This document shows positions 49,575-60,228 of a DNA stretch of 64,000 bases, piece by piece. The notes under the pieces are model-generated. The model was not told the origin of the DNA, ran no database searches, and worked only from the letters and a program-made list of their open reading frames with translations. Each line of letters starts with the position of its first letter. Position 1 is the first letter of the stretch. This stretch comes from Vicinamibacteria bacterium (lineage in GTDB: Bacteria; Acidobacteriota; Vicinamibacteria; Marinacidobacterales; Marinacidobacteraceae): NCBI GenBank assembly GCA_965199715.1, contig CBDATA010000001.1, forward strand, positions 160,001 to 224,000, written 5' to 3'. Both the position numbers and the translations under genes were made by a program.

Positions 49575-50662
49575 CCCAAAATCCCATGATCCGAACGACG
49601 ACACTCGCGCTTGCGCTCCTCGCCGGCTGCGCCGGCGAGCCAACTCCGCCGCCCGCCGATCCGTGGGCGGACCTCCTGAACGAGGCGCGGGAAGCCGCGG
49701 GCAGCCCGGGGCTCTCGGCCGCGGTCGCGATCGACGGCGAGATCATCTGGACCGGCGCGTCCGGCCTCGCCGACGTGGAAAACCAGGTGCCCGCGACGGC
49801 CGAGAGCGTGTACCGGATCGCCTCCATCTCGAAGCCGATCGCCTCCACCGCGATCATGCAGCTCGTCGAGCGCGGCCAGCTCGACCTCGACGACACGATC
49901 CAGACATGGTTCCCGGCGTTTCCGGAGAAGGAGCACGCGGTCACGATCCGGCACCTGATGACCCACACGTCGGGGATCCGCCACTACCTCCCGGGCGAGA
50001 TGGACATGAAGGACCACTTCGACACCCTCGAGGAGGCCATCGAGATCTTCAAGGAGGACCCGCTCCTGTTCGAGCCGGGGACCGACTACTCCTACTCTTC
50101 GTACGCCTACAACCTGCTCGCCGGCGTCGTGGAGACGATCTCCGGGCAGTCCTTCGAGGACTACCTCGTCGAGAACGTCTGGGCGCCGGCCGGGATGACG
50201 ACGACGTACCTTGAGCACCAGGGGCCCCTCGTTCCGCACCGGGTGCGTCAGTACGTCAAGGCCGACACTCCGGATCTCGTCGCCAACGCGCCCTTCGCCG
50301 ATCTCTCCATCAAGTGGGCGGGCGGGGGCATGATCTCCACCGCCCCGGACCTCGTCCGCTTCGCGCTCGCGATCGACGACGAGACGCTCATGGCGCCCTC
50401 GACGCACGACATGATGACGACCCGCTACGAGCTCGCCGGCGGGACGGTCAGCGACTACGCGCTCGGCTGGCGGATCGCCGACGACGAGGCGGGGACCTGG
50501 GTCGCGCACTCGGGCGGCGCCACCGGCGGGACGACCCACCTGCTCCGGCTGCCGGCCCGGGGGCTCGCCGTCGCCCTCACGGCGAACGTGCAGAGCGGAG
50601 GGGGGCTCCCCGAGACGGCGCGCCGGTTCGCCGATCTGGCGCTCGGCGGCGCGACGCCCTGA
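49571..50662 (+). CDS. Serine hydrolase, beta-lactamase/S12 family lipoprotein
   Basis: LAGC lipobox, IASISK (SxxK), LMTHTSG, YSYSSYAY, HSGG. Confidence 0.92.
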   Translation: MTQNPMIRTTTLALALLAGCAGEPTPPPADPWADLLNEAREAAGSPGLSAAVAIDGEIIWTGASGLADVENQVPATAESVYRIASISKPIASTAIMQLVERGQLDLDDTIQTWFPAFPEKEHAVTIRHLMTHTSGIRHYLPGEMDMKDHFDTLEEAIEIFKEDPLLFEPGTDYSYSSYAYNLLAGVVETISGQSFEDYLVENVWAPAGMTTTYLEHQGPLVPHRVRQYVKADTPDLVANAPFADLSIKWAGGGMISTAPDLVRFALAIDDETLMAPSTHDMMTTRYELAGGTVSDYALGWRIADDEAGTWVAHSGGATGGTTHLLRLPARGLAVALTANVQSGGGLPETARRFADLALGGATP

Positions 50663-50676
50663 TCTCTACCCGATCT

Positions 50677-51081
50677 CTATTCGTCGGACGCGCCGGGATA
50701 GACCCGCTCGCCCTCGTAGTCCCGGAGGCCGCAGAAACCTGAGACCTCGAATCCGTTGGCAGTCAGCAACTCCGCGGCACGCGCGGCTCTTCCGCCCCCC
50801 TGTCAAGCAGTGAGGATCGGGACTCCCCGGGGCAGCTCGCCGAGCCTCCCCTCGAGCTCGTCGATCGGGATGTGGACGAAGCCGTCGATCGTGCCGTGCT
50901 CGGCCAGTTCCTCGGCCGTGCGCACGTCGAGCAGCAGCGCGCCGTCCTGAAGGGCGCCGTCGATGTCGGCGGCCTCGACGCGGGGCGCCGCGTCGGGAGC
51001 GTCGGCCTCCTGCTCGCCGGCGCCGCATCCGAGCGCGAGCAGCAGCAGGCCCGCCGGGACCAGTGTCCGAACCATGGTCAT
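50677..51081 (-). CDS. Rhodanese-domain lipoprotein, probable selenoprotein (Sec93 encoded by TGA 50803-50805)
   Basis: MTMVRTLVPAGLLLLALGC...LLDVRTAEE...GTIDGFVHIPIDEL...PILTA-TGA-QGGGRAARAAELLTANGFEVSGFCGLRDYEGERVYPGASDE*; TGA occupies the catalytic Cys position of the CxxGxR loop. Confidence 0.85.
50772..50787 (-). other. Putative SECIS hairpin of the rhodanese lipoprotein
   Basis: GCCGCG-CGTGC-CGCGG beginning 16 nt after the in-frame TGA. Confidence 0.7.
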
Positions 51082-51428
51082 GCCTCCTCGGGCAGCGGAC
51101 GGTACTCCCGTTCGCCGACGTAGTCCTTGAGACCGGAAAAGCCGATCACTTCCCGGCCGGCCCGTTGGAGAATCGCCGCGGCACGCGCGGCCCGGGGGCC
51201 GACCATTCAAGTCGTGAGGATCGGGCGGTCCGTCGGCACCTCGTCCACGCGGTCCGCCAGCTCGCCCAGGTGGATGTGCAACGCCCCCGGAATCGTGCCC
51301 GACTCCGCTAGTTCGACCGCGGTGCGCACGTCCAGCAGCACCACGCCGGGACGGGAGCGGACCTCGTCGATCCGGTCGGCCGCGACGAAGGGGGCGCGAG
51401 TTCCGAGGACCCGTCCGATGACGCTCAC
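51078..51428 (-). CDS. Cytoplasmic rhodanese-domain protein, probable selenoprotein (Sec74 encoded by TGA 51207-51209)
   Basis: MSVIGRV...LLDVRTAVE...GTIPGALHIHLGEL...[50 protein letters not shown]; the read-through stop overlaps the next gene's ATG (ATGA). Confidence 0.85.
51155..51204 (-). other. Putative SECIS hairpin of the cytoplasmic rhodanese
   Basis: GGTCGGCCC-CCGG-GCCGCG-CGTGC-CGCGGC-GATTCTCCAAC-GGGCCGGCC: upper and lower stems immediately 3' of the TGA. Confidence 0.72.
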
Positions 51429-51449
51429 GGGAGCCGGATGGTATCCGAC

Positions 51450-51722
51450 TCAGACGCGGACCCTGCGCGCGTGCGCCCGCGGCGGCAGCACGTCGGCGAG
51501 CCGCAGTCCCCGTCCCTTCACGTACGCGAGCAGGCCCTTCTTGTCGATCGTCCGCAGGGCGCGAGCGGACAGGCGCAGGCGCACCGACCGGCCCAGCTCG
51601 GGCACCCACACCGACTTCCACTGCAGGTTGGGAAGCTGGCGCCGCTTGTTGCGGTTGTTGGCGTGGCTGACCGAGTTCCCGGTCAGCGGGCGCTTGCCGG
51701 TCAGCGGGCAGGTGCGGGACAT
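51450..51722 (-). CDS. rpmB: 50S ribosomal protein L28
   Basis: MSRTCPLTGKRPLTGNSVSHANNRNKRRQLPNLQ...LRTIDKKG. Confidence 0.97.
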   Translation of the reverse strand: MSRTCPLTGKRPLTGNSVSHANNRNKRRQLPNLQWKSVWVPELGRSVRLRLSARALRTIDKKGLLAYVKGRGLRLADVLPPRAHARRVRV

Positions 51723-51740
51723 GGGAACGGTTAATTTAGC

Positions 51741-54337
51741 TCAATTCAGGTCAAGTCCCTCGACCGTCGCGCCGTTGATCGCGTTCAGGAACAGCTTGTA
51801 GGTGCCCCGGGGCTGGCCGCGGAACTGGGGCCGGAACCCGAAGAGCACGATCTCGCCGGCGCCCCGGGGAATCCGGGCCATGGCGATCTTGCCCCCGATC
51901 GCGTCCTCCTCGCCGTATGCCCAGCCGCTCATCAGCAGATCCTCGTCGGCGTAGCGGGCGACGACCTCCACGTTCGGCGGCGGCTGCGCCGGCACGGTCT
52001 CCGCCCCGCCCTCGCGGGTGCGCGGGAGCGTGACGGCCTCGAACGCGCGGCTGCGCACGAACTGGGTCGCCACCTCGGGGCGCATCCCGAAGGCCAGGGG
52101 ATGCGTCGAGTCCACGTGCGCCCGGATCAGCGAGCCGGGGATGAAGAACCGGTCGTCGGCGAGGTTCGCCGTGGTGTTGCGCAGCGGGAGCCCGAACTGG
52201 GCCACGACGAAGTCGCTCGCCGCGTCGAGCGCGATGAGCGTGCCGCCGTCCTCCACGAAGCGGGCGAGCGCCAGCGAGCCCTCGAGGCCGATCCCGCCGA
52301 CGTACTGCTCGGGCATCGAGCCGGGGGCGTGCCCGTTCAGGATCTGCGCCGGGCTCTGGTGCGGCAGGATGATGACGTCCAGCCCCGAGAGCTCGCCGTC
52401 CCGGACGTCGTCGTCGTGGAGCGTCCGCAGGTCGTATTCGTAGCCCTCGAGGAGCCAGCGGGTCCATCCTTCGTCCATGCTCGCCACCCACGACTTGTAG
52501 AGGCCGACCCGCGCCGGCTCGAGCGGCAGCAGCGCCGCGCCCGGCGCCTCCGCGAGGCCGGCGACGTCGAGGCCGAGCTCGGTCGCGATCCCCTCCACGT
52601 CGGCGTCCGTCCCCCGGATCACGAGTGTCCCCGCCGGGAACTCCTCGTCCCCGGAGCGAAACGAGGCGCCCGCCCAAGCCACCTCGGCGCCGGCGGCGAG
52701 GAGCCGGTTCTGCGCGAGGATCGCCGCGTTCGGGCGATGCGAGACGGCGTAGCCGAATCCGGGGCTCCCCGAAACCGCGCCGTCGGGCGCCCGCACCGGG
52801 CCCCGAACCGGATCCAGGGAAACGCCGGGAACGCCGGGAACGACCTCGACGTCCACCCCCATCTGCATCGGGAGCGTCCAGCCGGCGAGGTCGTAGGGCG
52901 GATCCGGCGGGCCGTCCGGCGTGCGGCGCCGGTCCGGATACGCCTGCGGCTCGAGGAGATCCTCGGCGTAGGCCCGGAACGCCTGCGTTCCGGCGATCAC
53001 GTACGAGCCCGCGCCGAAGCTCTCGCCGCCCGCCTCGAAGTCCTCGGCGGCGCGCCCGATCTCGATCCCGCCGTCGAGCAGCACGTTCACGAGCGCGGCG
53101 GCCTCGCCCGGGTCCCACTGCTCCGCCGGAATCACCCAGCTCGTCCCGCTCTGCTCGATGGCGTCGCGGCCCATGCGCCAGATGTCGAAGAGCCACTTCT
53201 CGCGCAGGTCCGCGGCGACGTCGAGCACCGCGATCGAGGCGGTGAGCGTGTAACGCACCGGATCCGAGAAATGCGACGGGCCGCCCGGCCACGGGTACGG
53301 GTAGAAGACGTCCGTCCCGTCGGTCGGCGCCGCCTGCCCCCGCCGGGGGTTGCCGACGAAGCGGGGGCGATCCTCCGGTTCGTACGTCCTCGGCGAGGCC
53401 GAGGCGTGCGAGGTCTCGGTGAGCAGGCCGATCATGTTGTGGAAGTACGGCACCGTGCGCATGCCCCCGTTCCACCACATCGAATAGATCATGTCGGACA
53501 CCGCGCCCGGCATGCGCTTCATGGCGAAGCGGTTGGACATCGCCGAGCCGATGAGGTTCACCGACGTGGTCACGCCCGGGTGGATGCGCGGGTTCACCGG
53601 GTCGGCGAACGGCGGCAGGAAGATGCGCGCCCACGCCGGACCCGTCTGGTGGTGGTTGTACACGATCTGCGGGAACCACTCCCGGTACAGCTTCCGGCTC
53701 ACCGCGGCCGTCTCCGGCATGTTGTTCATGAACCAGTCGCGGTTGTTGTCGTGCCCGACGTAGTGATGGTAGAGCTCGGGCGGGCGGGTGTTCTCCCACT
53801 GCGTCTCGCGGTTGCGGTGGTACCACGAGGCCACGATGTCGAGACCGTCGGGGTTCATGCAGGGCATGAGGATCAGCACCACGTTCTCGCGGATGTTCTC
53901 CATCTCCGCCGATTCCTCGGTCGCGACCCGGTGGGCCAGCAGCGGCGCCATCTGCGCGGGAGCGACCTCGGTGGCGTGGAGGCCGGCGTCGATCCACACG
54001 ACGGCCTTCCCGTCGGCGGCGAGCCGACGCGCCTCGTCCTCCCCGATGCGGGCGTTCGCGAGCCGCGACGCCGTCTCCTTGTGCGCGTCGAGCGAAGCGA
54101 GGTTCTCCTCCGACGAGATGTACAGCACGATCAGGGGCTTTCCCAGCACCGACTGGCCGATCTCCTCGAGCTGGACCCGGGGCGAGGCCTCGGCGAGGCT
54201 GCGGTAGTAGTCGAGGAGCGGCTCCCAGAGCGCGAGCTGGTAGTCGTCGCCGGGCGCGAAGCCGAGCGCCGACGCCGGATCGGGGACCTGCGCCGCCGCC
54301 GGGCTCGCGAGCAGCGCGAGCGAGAGAACCGCGGACC

Positions 54338-54341
<4 letters not shown>
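51741..54341 (-). CDS. M14 zinc carboxypeptidase family protein, exported
   Basis: Signal peptide, [38 protein letters not shown]-terminal GATase-like domain ([15 protein letters not shown]). Confidence 0.92.
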
Positions 54342-55351
<1,010 letters not shown>

Positions 55352-55422
55352 TCCCTGCCCTCCCGCAAGCGGACCGCCCGGGAACGCGGGCGGAAAACGG
55401 GCGGAAAGCCTACCAGCCGCGA

Positions 55423-55998
55423 TCAGCCGTCCGATCCGGCCTCGACTTCCTCGGGATTCACCGGCGCGGGGGCGGCCCGCAGGCGCGGATCCGTCATCGC
55501 GCTGGCCCGGCCGCGGGTCATTCCGACGAGTCCGGTGCGCACGATCTCGAGAAGTCCGTAGCTGCGCAGCACCTCGAACAGCCCGTCGATCTTCTCCGGC
55601 GCGGCGGTGGCCTCGAAGACGAGCGACTCGGGCGCCACGTCCACGAGTCGGGCGCCGGTCGCGCTGGCCAACTGGATCAGGTCGCTGCGGGTGGACTCGT
55701 CCGCCGACACCTTGAACATCGCCAGTTCCTTGCGGATCATCGGCCCGTCGTGGAGCGCCTCCACCCGGAGCACGTTCACGAGCTTGTAGAGCTGGGCCGC
55801 GATCCGCACCGCGCCGGTGCGGTCGGTCAGCACGACGATGGTCATCCGCGAGATGCCGGCGGTGCGGGCCGGCCCGACGGTGACCGACTCGATGTTGAAA
55901 CCGCGCCGGCGGAACAGCGAAGTGACCCGGTTCAGGACGCCGGGCCGATCCTCGACCCACAGCGCGAAAACCCTGGGCTCGACGCGCTCGTCACTCAC
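55423..55998 (-). CDS. ilvN: Acetolactate synthase small (regulatory) subunit
   Basis: [42 protein letters not shown]. Confidence 0.95.
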   Translation of the reverse strand: MSDERVEPRVFALWVEDRPGVLNRVTSLFRRRGFNIESVTVGPARTAGISRMTIVVLTDRTGAVRIAAQLYKLVNVLRVEALHDGPMIRKELAMFKVSADESTRSDLIQLASATGARLVDVAPESLVFEATAAPEKIDGLFEVLRSYGLLEIVRTGLVGMTRGRASAMTDPRLRAAPAPVNPEEVEAGSDG

Positions 55999-57725
55999 CA
56001 CTCGCGCTCCCGCTCGAGCGCTCCCTCGGGCGCTTCTTCGGGGCGGCGGATCATCTCGTCGAGCTCCCTGCCGCTCGGAACCATCGGATAGACGGTGTCC
56101 TCCGGCTCCACCCGGAAGTCGAGGACGGTGGAACGATCCTCCGCCCGCGCCCGCTCCACGGCCTCCCGGGCCTCCTTCCTCGAGGAGACCGTCGCGGACG
56201 CGAGCCCGAAACTCTCGGCCAGCCTGGCGAAGTCCGGGCTCAGGAGCGGAGTTCCCGAATAGCGGCCCCGGTAGAAGAACTCCTGCCACTGGCGGACCAT
56301 GCCGAGATAGCCGTTGTTGATGATCGCGACGTGGAGCTTGATCCCCTCCTGCGCGATCGTGGCCAGCTCGCACATGGTCATCTGGAAGCCCCCGTCGCCG
56401 ACGACCGCCCAGACCTCCTCGTCCGGACGGGCCACCTTCGCCCCGACGGCCGCCGGGAGCGCGAAGCCCATGGTCCCGAGCCCGCCCGAAGTGATGAGGC
56501 TGCGCCGCCCCTCGTGCCGGTAGTACTGGGCCTCCCACATCTGGTGCTGCCCCACGTCGGTGACGACGATCGCCTCGCCGCCGGTGATCCGCCAGATGTC
56601 GTGGATCACGTGCGCAGCGTGGAAGTGGCCCGTCTCGGGGAGGTTCTGGATGTCACGCACCGCGCTGTCGCCGCGCATCGCGCGGATGCGGTCGTTCCAC
56701 GGGACGTGGCCGGCGGGGGCCACCGACGGCAGCAAGCCGTCGAGCACCGCGGCCAAGTCCCCGGCGATCGCGACGTCCACCCGCACGTTCTTGTGGAACT
56801 CGGACGGATCGATGTCGATGTGGATCTTCTTCGCCTCGGTCGCGTAGCGCGCCGGGTTGCCGGTGACCCGGTCGTCGAACCGCATGCCGAGCGCGATGAG
56901 GAGGTCCGCCTCCTGGATCGCCCGGTTCACCCACGCCTCGCCGTGCATTCCCATCATCCCGAGGTTGAGCGGGTGCGACGCGGGCACCGCGCCGATGCCC
57001 AGCAGCGTCATGGCCATCGGGATCTGCGCCCGCTCCGCGAGCTCCAGCACGTGGCGGCGCGCGCCGGAGAGCTCGATCCCGCGTCCGGCGAGGATGAGCG
57101 GCCGCTCCGCCCGGGCGATCAGCCGCGCCGCCCGCGCGAACGCCGCCTTCGAGGGGGTCGGGGCCGGGTCGTAGCCGGGAAGGTCGATCGCGCCCGGATC
57201 CCAGCGCCCGCAGGTGGTCGCCTCCTGGGCGTCCTTGGTGACGTCCACAAGCACGGGCCCCGGCCGCCCCGACCGGGCCACGTGAAACGCCTCGTGGAGG
57301 GCGGGGGCGATCTGGTCCACGTCGGAGACGAGATAGTTGTGCTTCGTGATCGGCAGCGTGATCCCGGTGACGTCCACTTCCTGGAAGGCGTCGGTGCCGA
57401 TGACCTTGCTCGGGATCTGGCCGGTGACGCACACGAGCGGCGAGGAGTCCAGCATCGCGGTGGCGATTCCGGTGACCATGTTCGTCGCGCCGGGACCCGA
57501 CGTGGCGACGGCGACCCCGACCCCGCCGCTCGCCCGGGCGAAGCCGTCGGCCATGTGGGTCGCGCCCTGCTCGTGACGGACGAGCACGTGGCGGATGGGG
57601 TAGTCGAGCAGCGCGTCGTAGGCCGGCAGGATGGCGCCGCCCGGATATCCGAACACGGTGCGCACACCCTCGGCGAGGAGGGTCTCCCAGAGGATCTGCG
57701 CGCCGCTGCGCGTCGCGGCGGTCAC
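55995..57725 (-). CDS. ilvB: Acetolactate synthase large subunit
   Basis: VFGYPGGAILP, VRHEQGA, TSGPGATN, GMHG, TDVGQHQMW, GDGGFQM, NNGYLGMVRQWQ. Confidence 0.97.
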   Translation of the reverse strand: MTAATRSGAQILWETLLAEGVRTVFGYPGGAILPAYDALLDYPIRHVLVRHEQGATHMADGFARASGGVGVAVATSGPGATNMVTGIATAMLDSSPLVCVTGQIPSKVIGTDAFQEVDVTGITLPITKHNYLVSDVDQIAPALHEAFHVARSGRPGPVLVDVTKDAQEATTCGRWDPGAIDLPGYDPAPTPSKAAFARAARLIARAERPLILAGRGIELSGARRHVLELAERAQIPMAMTLLGIGAVPASHPLNLGMMGMHGEAWVNRAIQEADLLIALGMRFDDRVTGNPARYATEAKKIHIDIDPSEFHKNVRVDVAIAGDLAAVLDGLLPSVAPAGHVPWNDRIRAMRGDSAVRDIQNLPETGHFHAAHVIHDIWRITGGEAIVVTDVGQHQMWEAQYYRHEGRRSLITSGGLGTMGFALPAAVGAKVARPDEEVWAVVGDGGFQMTMCELATIAQEGIKLHVAIINNGYLGMVRQWQEFFYRGRYSGTPLLSPDFARLAESFGLASATVSSRKEAREAVERARAEDRSTVLDFRVEPEDTVYPMVPSGRELDEMIRRPEEAPEGALEREREW

Positions 57726-58162
57726 GCGGCGTCCTCCGCCGCCAGCGCGTCGCGGATGGAGCGCGCCATGTCCTCGCCGTCGCGCTGGCCGAGCGAGCCG
57801 GGCCGCCATTTGAGCGAGAGCCCGCCCCGGCCTCTCGGCCCCGGATGGGGAATGACGTGGAAGTGCACGTGGGGCACCGACTGCCCGGCGGGAGCGCCGT
57901 TGTTCTGGAGGACGTTGCAGTGCGGGGTTCCGGCGGCGGCCGCGACCGCCCGGCAGATGCGCGGGAGCGCGCGGCCGATGGCCGCGGCCGAGTCGTCGGA
58001 GAGCTCGCCGAGAGTCGCCCGGCTCTCCCGGGGGACGACGAGAACGTGCCCGGGACTCACCGGAGCGATGTCCAGAAACGCGAAGACCATGTCGTCCTGA
58101 TATACCCGGTGGCTCGGAATCTCCCCGCTCGCGATGCGATCGAAGAGCGTGGGCGCGGGCAC
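57722..58162 (-). CDS. HIT family nucleotide hydrolase
   Basis: LFDRIASGEIP, AFLDIAP, GHVLVVP, GQSVPHVHFHVIP; GTG 58162 lies 8 nt after TAGGGT. Confidence 0.93.
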   Translation of the reverse strand: MPAPTLFDRIASGEIPSHRVYQDDMVFAFLDIAPVSPGHVLVVPRESRATLGELSDDSAAAIGRALPRICRAVAAAAGTPHCNVLQNNGAPAGQSVPHVHFHVIPHPGPRGRGGLSLKWRPGSLGQRDGEDMARSIRDALAAEDAA

Positions 58163-58220
58163 CGGCGGCAACCCTAGCAGCACCGGGCGATTCCCGGTCG
58201 CTGCCATACACTTCGCGCCG

Positions 58221-59228
58221 ATGAAACGCTGGGTTTTCCATCGCTTCGGGGCGGACGCCCTCGCCTTCGAGGAGGCGGACCCGCCGGCGCCCGGCCCCGG
58301 CGAGGCGCTGGTCCGGCTTCGTGCGGCCTCGCTCAACTATAGGGACGTGCTGGTGCTCGACGGCCACTACAACCCGCGCCTGCCGCTCCCCCAGGTCCCG
58401 GTCAGCGACGGCGCCGGCGTGGTGACCGAAGTCGGCGAGGGAGTTTCCCAGTTCGCTCCCGGCGACCGGGTCATCACCCATCCGGTGGTCGGTTGGGAGG
58501 ACGGGCGCATCCGGCGGGCGTACGGGCGGGCGACGCTCGGCGGACCGGGTCCGGGGATGGCGCAGGAGTTCGTCGCGCTGTCCGAGGCGGCGCTTTGCCG
58601 CGCCCCCGAGGGCTGGTCCCACGAGGAGGCGTCCACGCTTCCCATCGCCGGGCTGACCGCGTGGAGCGCGCTCGTGACCGAGGGACCGGTCTCCTCCGGC
58701 CAGACCGTGCTCACGCTCGGAACCGGCGGCGTCTCCATCTTCGCGCTCCAGATCGGCAAGGCGCTCGGGGCGCGGGTGATCGTCACCTCGAGCTCGGAGC
58801 GAAAGCTCGCCCGCGCCAGGGAGCTCGGCGCCGACTTCGGGATCCATCGGCTGGAGGAGCCCCGGTGGGACGCGGCCGTGCGGGAGTGGACCGGCGGCGA
58901 CGGCGTGGACTTCGTCGTCGAGAACGGGGGCGCGGGGACGCTCGGCCAGTCGCTGCGGGCGACCGCGCCCGGGGGCACGGTGGCGCTTCTGGGCGCGCTC
59001 ACCGGGCTGTCGGCTCCGGTGGAGCTCGCTCCGGCGATCATGCGCCGCATCCGGATCGCCGGGATCATGACCGACTGCCGGCGGGCGCTGCGCGACCTCG
59101 TCGCCTTCGTCGAGGAGCGCGGCCTCCGGCCGGTCGTGGACCGCGCGTTCCCGCTGGATGCGCTTCCAGAGGCGTTTTCGACGATGCGCGCCGGAGCCCA
59201 CTTCGGCAAGATCGTCATCAAGATCTGA
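58221..59228 (+). CDS. MDR-family NAD(P)-dependent oxidoreductase (zinc-type alcohol dehydrogenase-like)
   Basis: AASLNYRD, SDGAG, LTAWSAL, GTGGVSIFALQ, HFGKIVI. Confidence 0.9.
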   Translation: MKRWVFHRFGADALAFEEADPPAPGPGEALVRLRAASLNYRDVLVLDGHYNPRLPLPQVPVSDGAGVVTEVGEGVSQFAPGDRVITHPVVGWEDGRIRRAYGRATLGGPGPGMAQEFVALSEAALCRAPEGWSHEEASTLPIAGLTAWSALVTEGPVSSGQTVLTLGTGGVSIFALQIGKALGARVIVTSSSERKLARARELGADFGIHRLEEPRWDAAVREWTGGDGVDFVVENGGAGTLGQSLRATAPGGTVALLGALTGLSAPVELAPAIMRRIRIAGIMTDCRRALRDLVAFVEERGLRPVVDRAFPLDALPEAFSTMRAGAHFGKIVIKI

Positions 59229-59229
59229 C

Positions 59230-60228
59230 GTGTCGGACGCGATCCCGCCCGCGCGGGCCACCTTCCTCGTCACCGGCGCCGCCGGCTTCATCGGAAGCCG
59301 CTTCGCCGAGCGGATCCTCGAGCGGCGCCCCGGTTGCCGGGTGATCTCGGTGGACAAGCTCACCTACGCCGGATCGCTCGCGAACCTGGCGGGAATCCTC
59401 GACGACCCCCGGCACCGCTTCGCGCAGGCGGACATCTGCGACCGCGACGCGATGGAGCCGCTCGTCGCCGAGGCCGACGTGCTCGTGAACCTCGCCGCCG
59501 AGACCCACGTGGACCGGGCGATCGAGGACGGCGTGGACTTCGCCCGGACCGACGCCGTGGGCGCCGCGGTGCTTCTCGAGAGCTTCCGGCGCGCCGGACG
59601 CGGGCGGTTGTTCGTGCAGGTCTCGACCGACGAGGCGTACGGCCCGATCCACGAGGGAACCGCCGCCGAGGACGCGCCCCTCGCCCCGGCGAACCCGTAC
59701 GCGGCCAGCAAGGCGGGCGCGGATCTGCTGGCGCTCGCGTGGGCCGCGACCCACGGGCTGCCCGTGGTCGTCACCCGGGGGGCGAACACCTACGGCCCGA
59801 GGCAGCACCCGGAGAAGATGATCCCGGCGTTCACCCGGGCGGCGCTCTCCGGACGCCCGCTGCCGCTGTACGGCGACGGGCTGCAGGTGCGGAACTGGCT
59901 CCACGTGGACGACCACTGCGCCGCCTTGGATCTCGTGGTCGAGCGAGGCGAGCCCGGACGGATCTACAACGTGGGGAGCCGGGACGAATCCACGAACCTC
60001 GCCATGGCCCACCGCATCCTCGAGCTCGTGGAGGCGCGCACCGGGCTGCGGGGGCGGATCGCGCACGTCGAGGACCGGCCCGGGCACGACCGGCGGTACG
60101 GGCTCGACAGCGGGCGGCTGGAGGCGCTCGGCTGGCGTCCCCGCGTGGACCTCGACGCCGGGCTCGAGGCCACGGTGGAGTGGGTCGCGGAGCGGTTCTC
60201 AGGAGTGCGCGAGGTCGCGACGGTCTGA
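59230..60228 (+). CDS. rfbB: dTDP-glucose 4,6-dehydratase
   Basis: VTGAAGFIGS, DKLTYAG, AAETHVDR, VSTDE, YAASK, NTYGP, DRPGHDRRY. Confidence 0.9.
   Translation: MSDAIPPARATFLVTGAAGFIGSRFAERILERRPGCRVISVDKLTYAGSLANLAGILDDPRHRFAQADICDRDAMEPLVAEADVLVNLAAETHVDRAIEDGVDFARTDAVGAAVLLESFRRAGRGRLFVQVSTDEAYGPIHEGTAAEDAPLAPANPYAASKAGADLLALAWAATHGLPVVVTRGANTYGPRQHPEKMIPAFTRAALSGRPLPLYGDGLQVRNWLHVDDHCAALDLVVERGEPGRIYNVGSRDESTNLAMAHRILELVEARTGLRGRIAHVEDRPGHDRRYGLDSGRLEALGWRPRVDLDAGLEATVEWVAERFSGVREVATV

Noticed and set aside
50677-51428. Genome-wide UGA reassignment (to Trp/Gly) as the explanation for rhodanese read-through
   Set aside because: TGA is the normal stop for topA, xerC, serS, ilvB, ilvC and others here, often in ATGA/GTGA overlaps, so read-through must be site-specific.
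55387-55407. Direct repeat CGGGCGGAAA x2 in the ilvN-ilvC spacer as an attenuator or CRISPR-like repeat
   Set aside because: Only two short copies, with no leader peptide or spacers; at most an operator.
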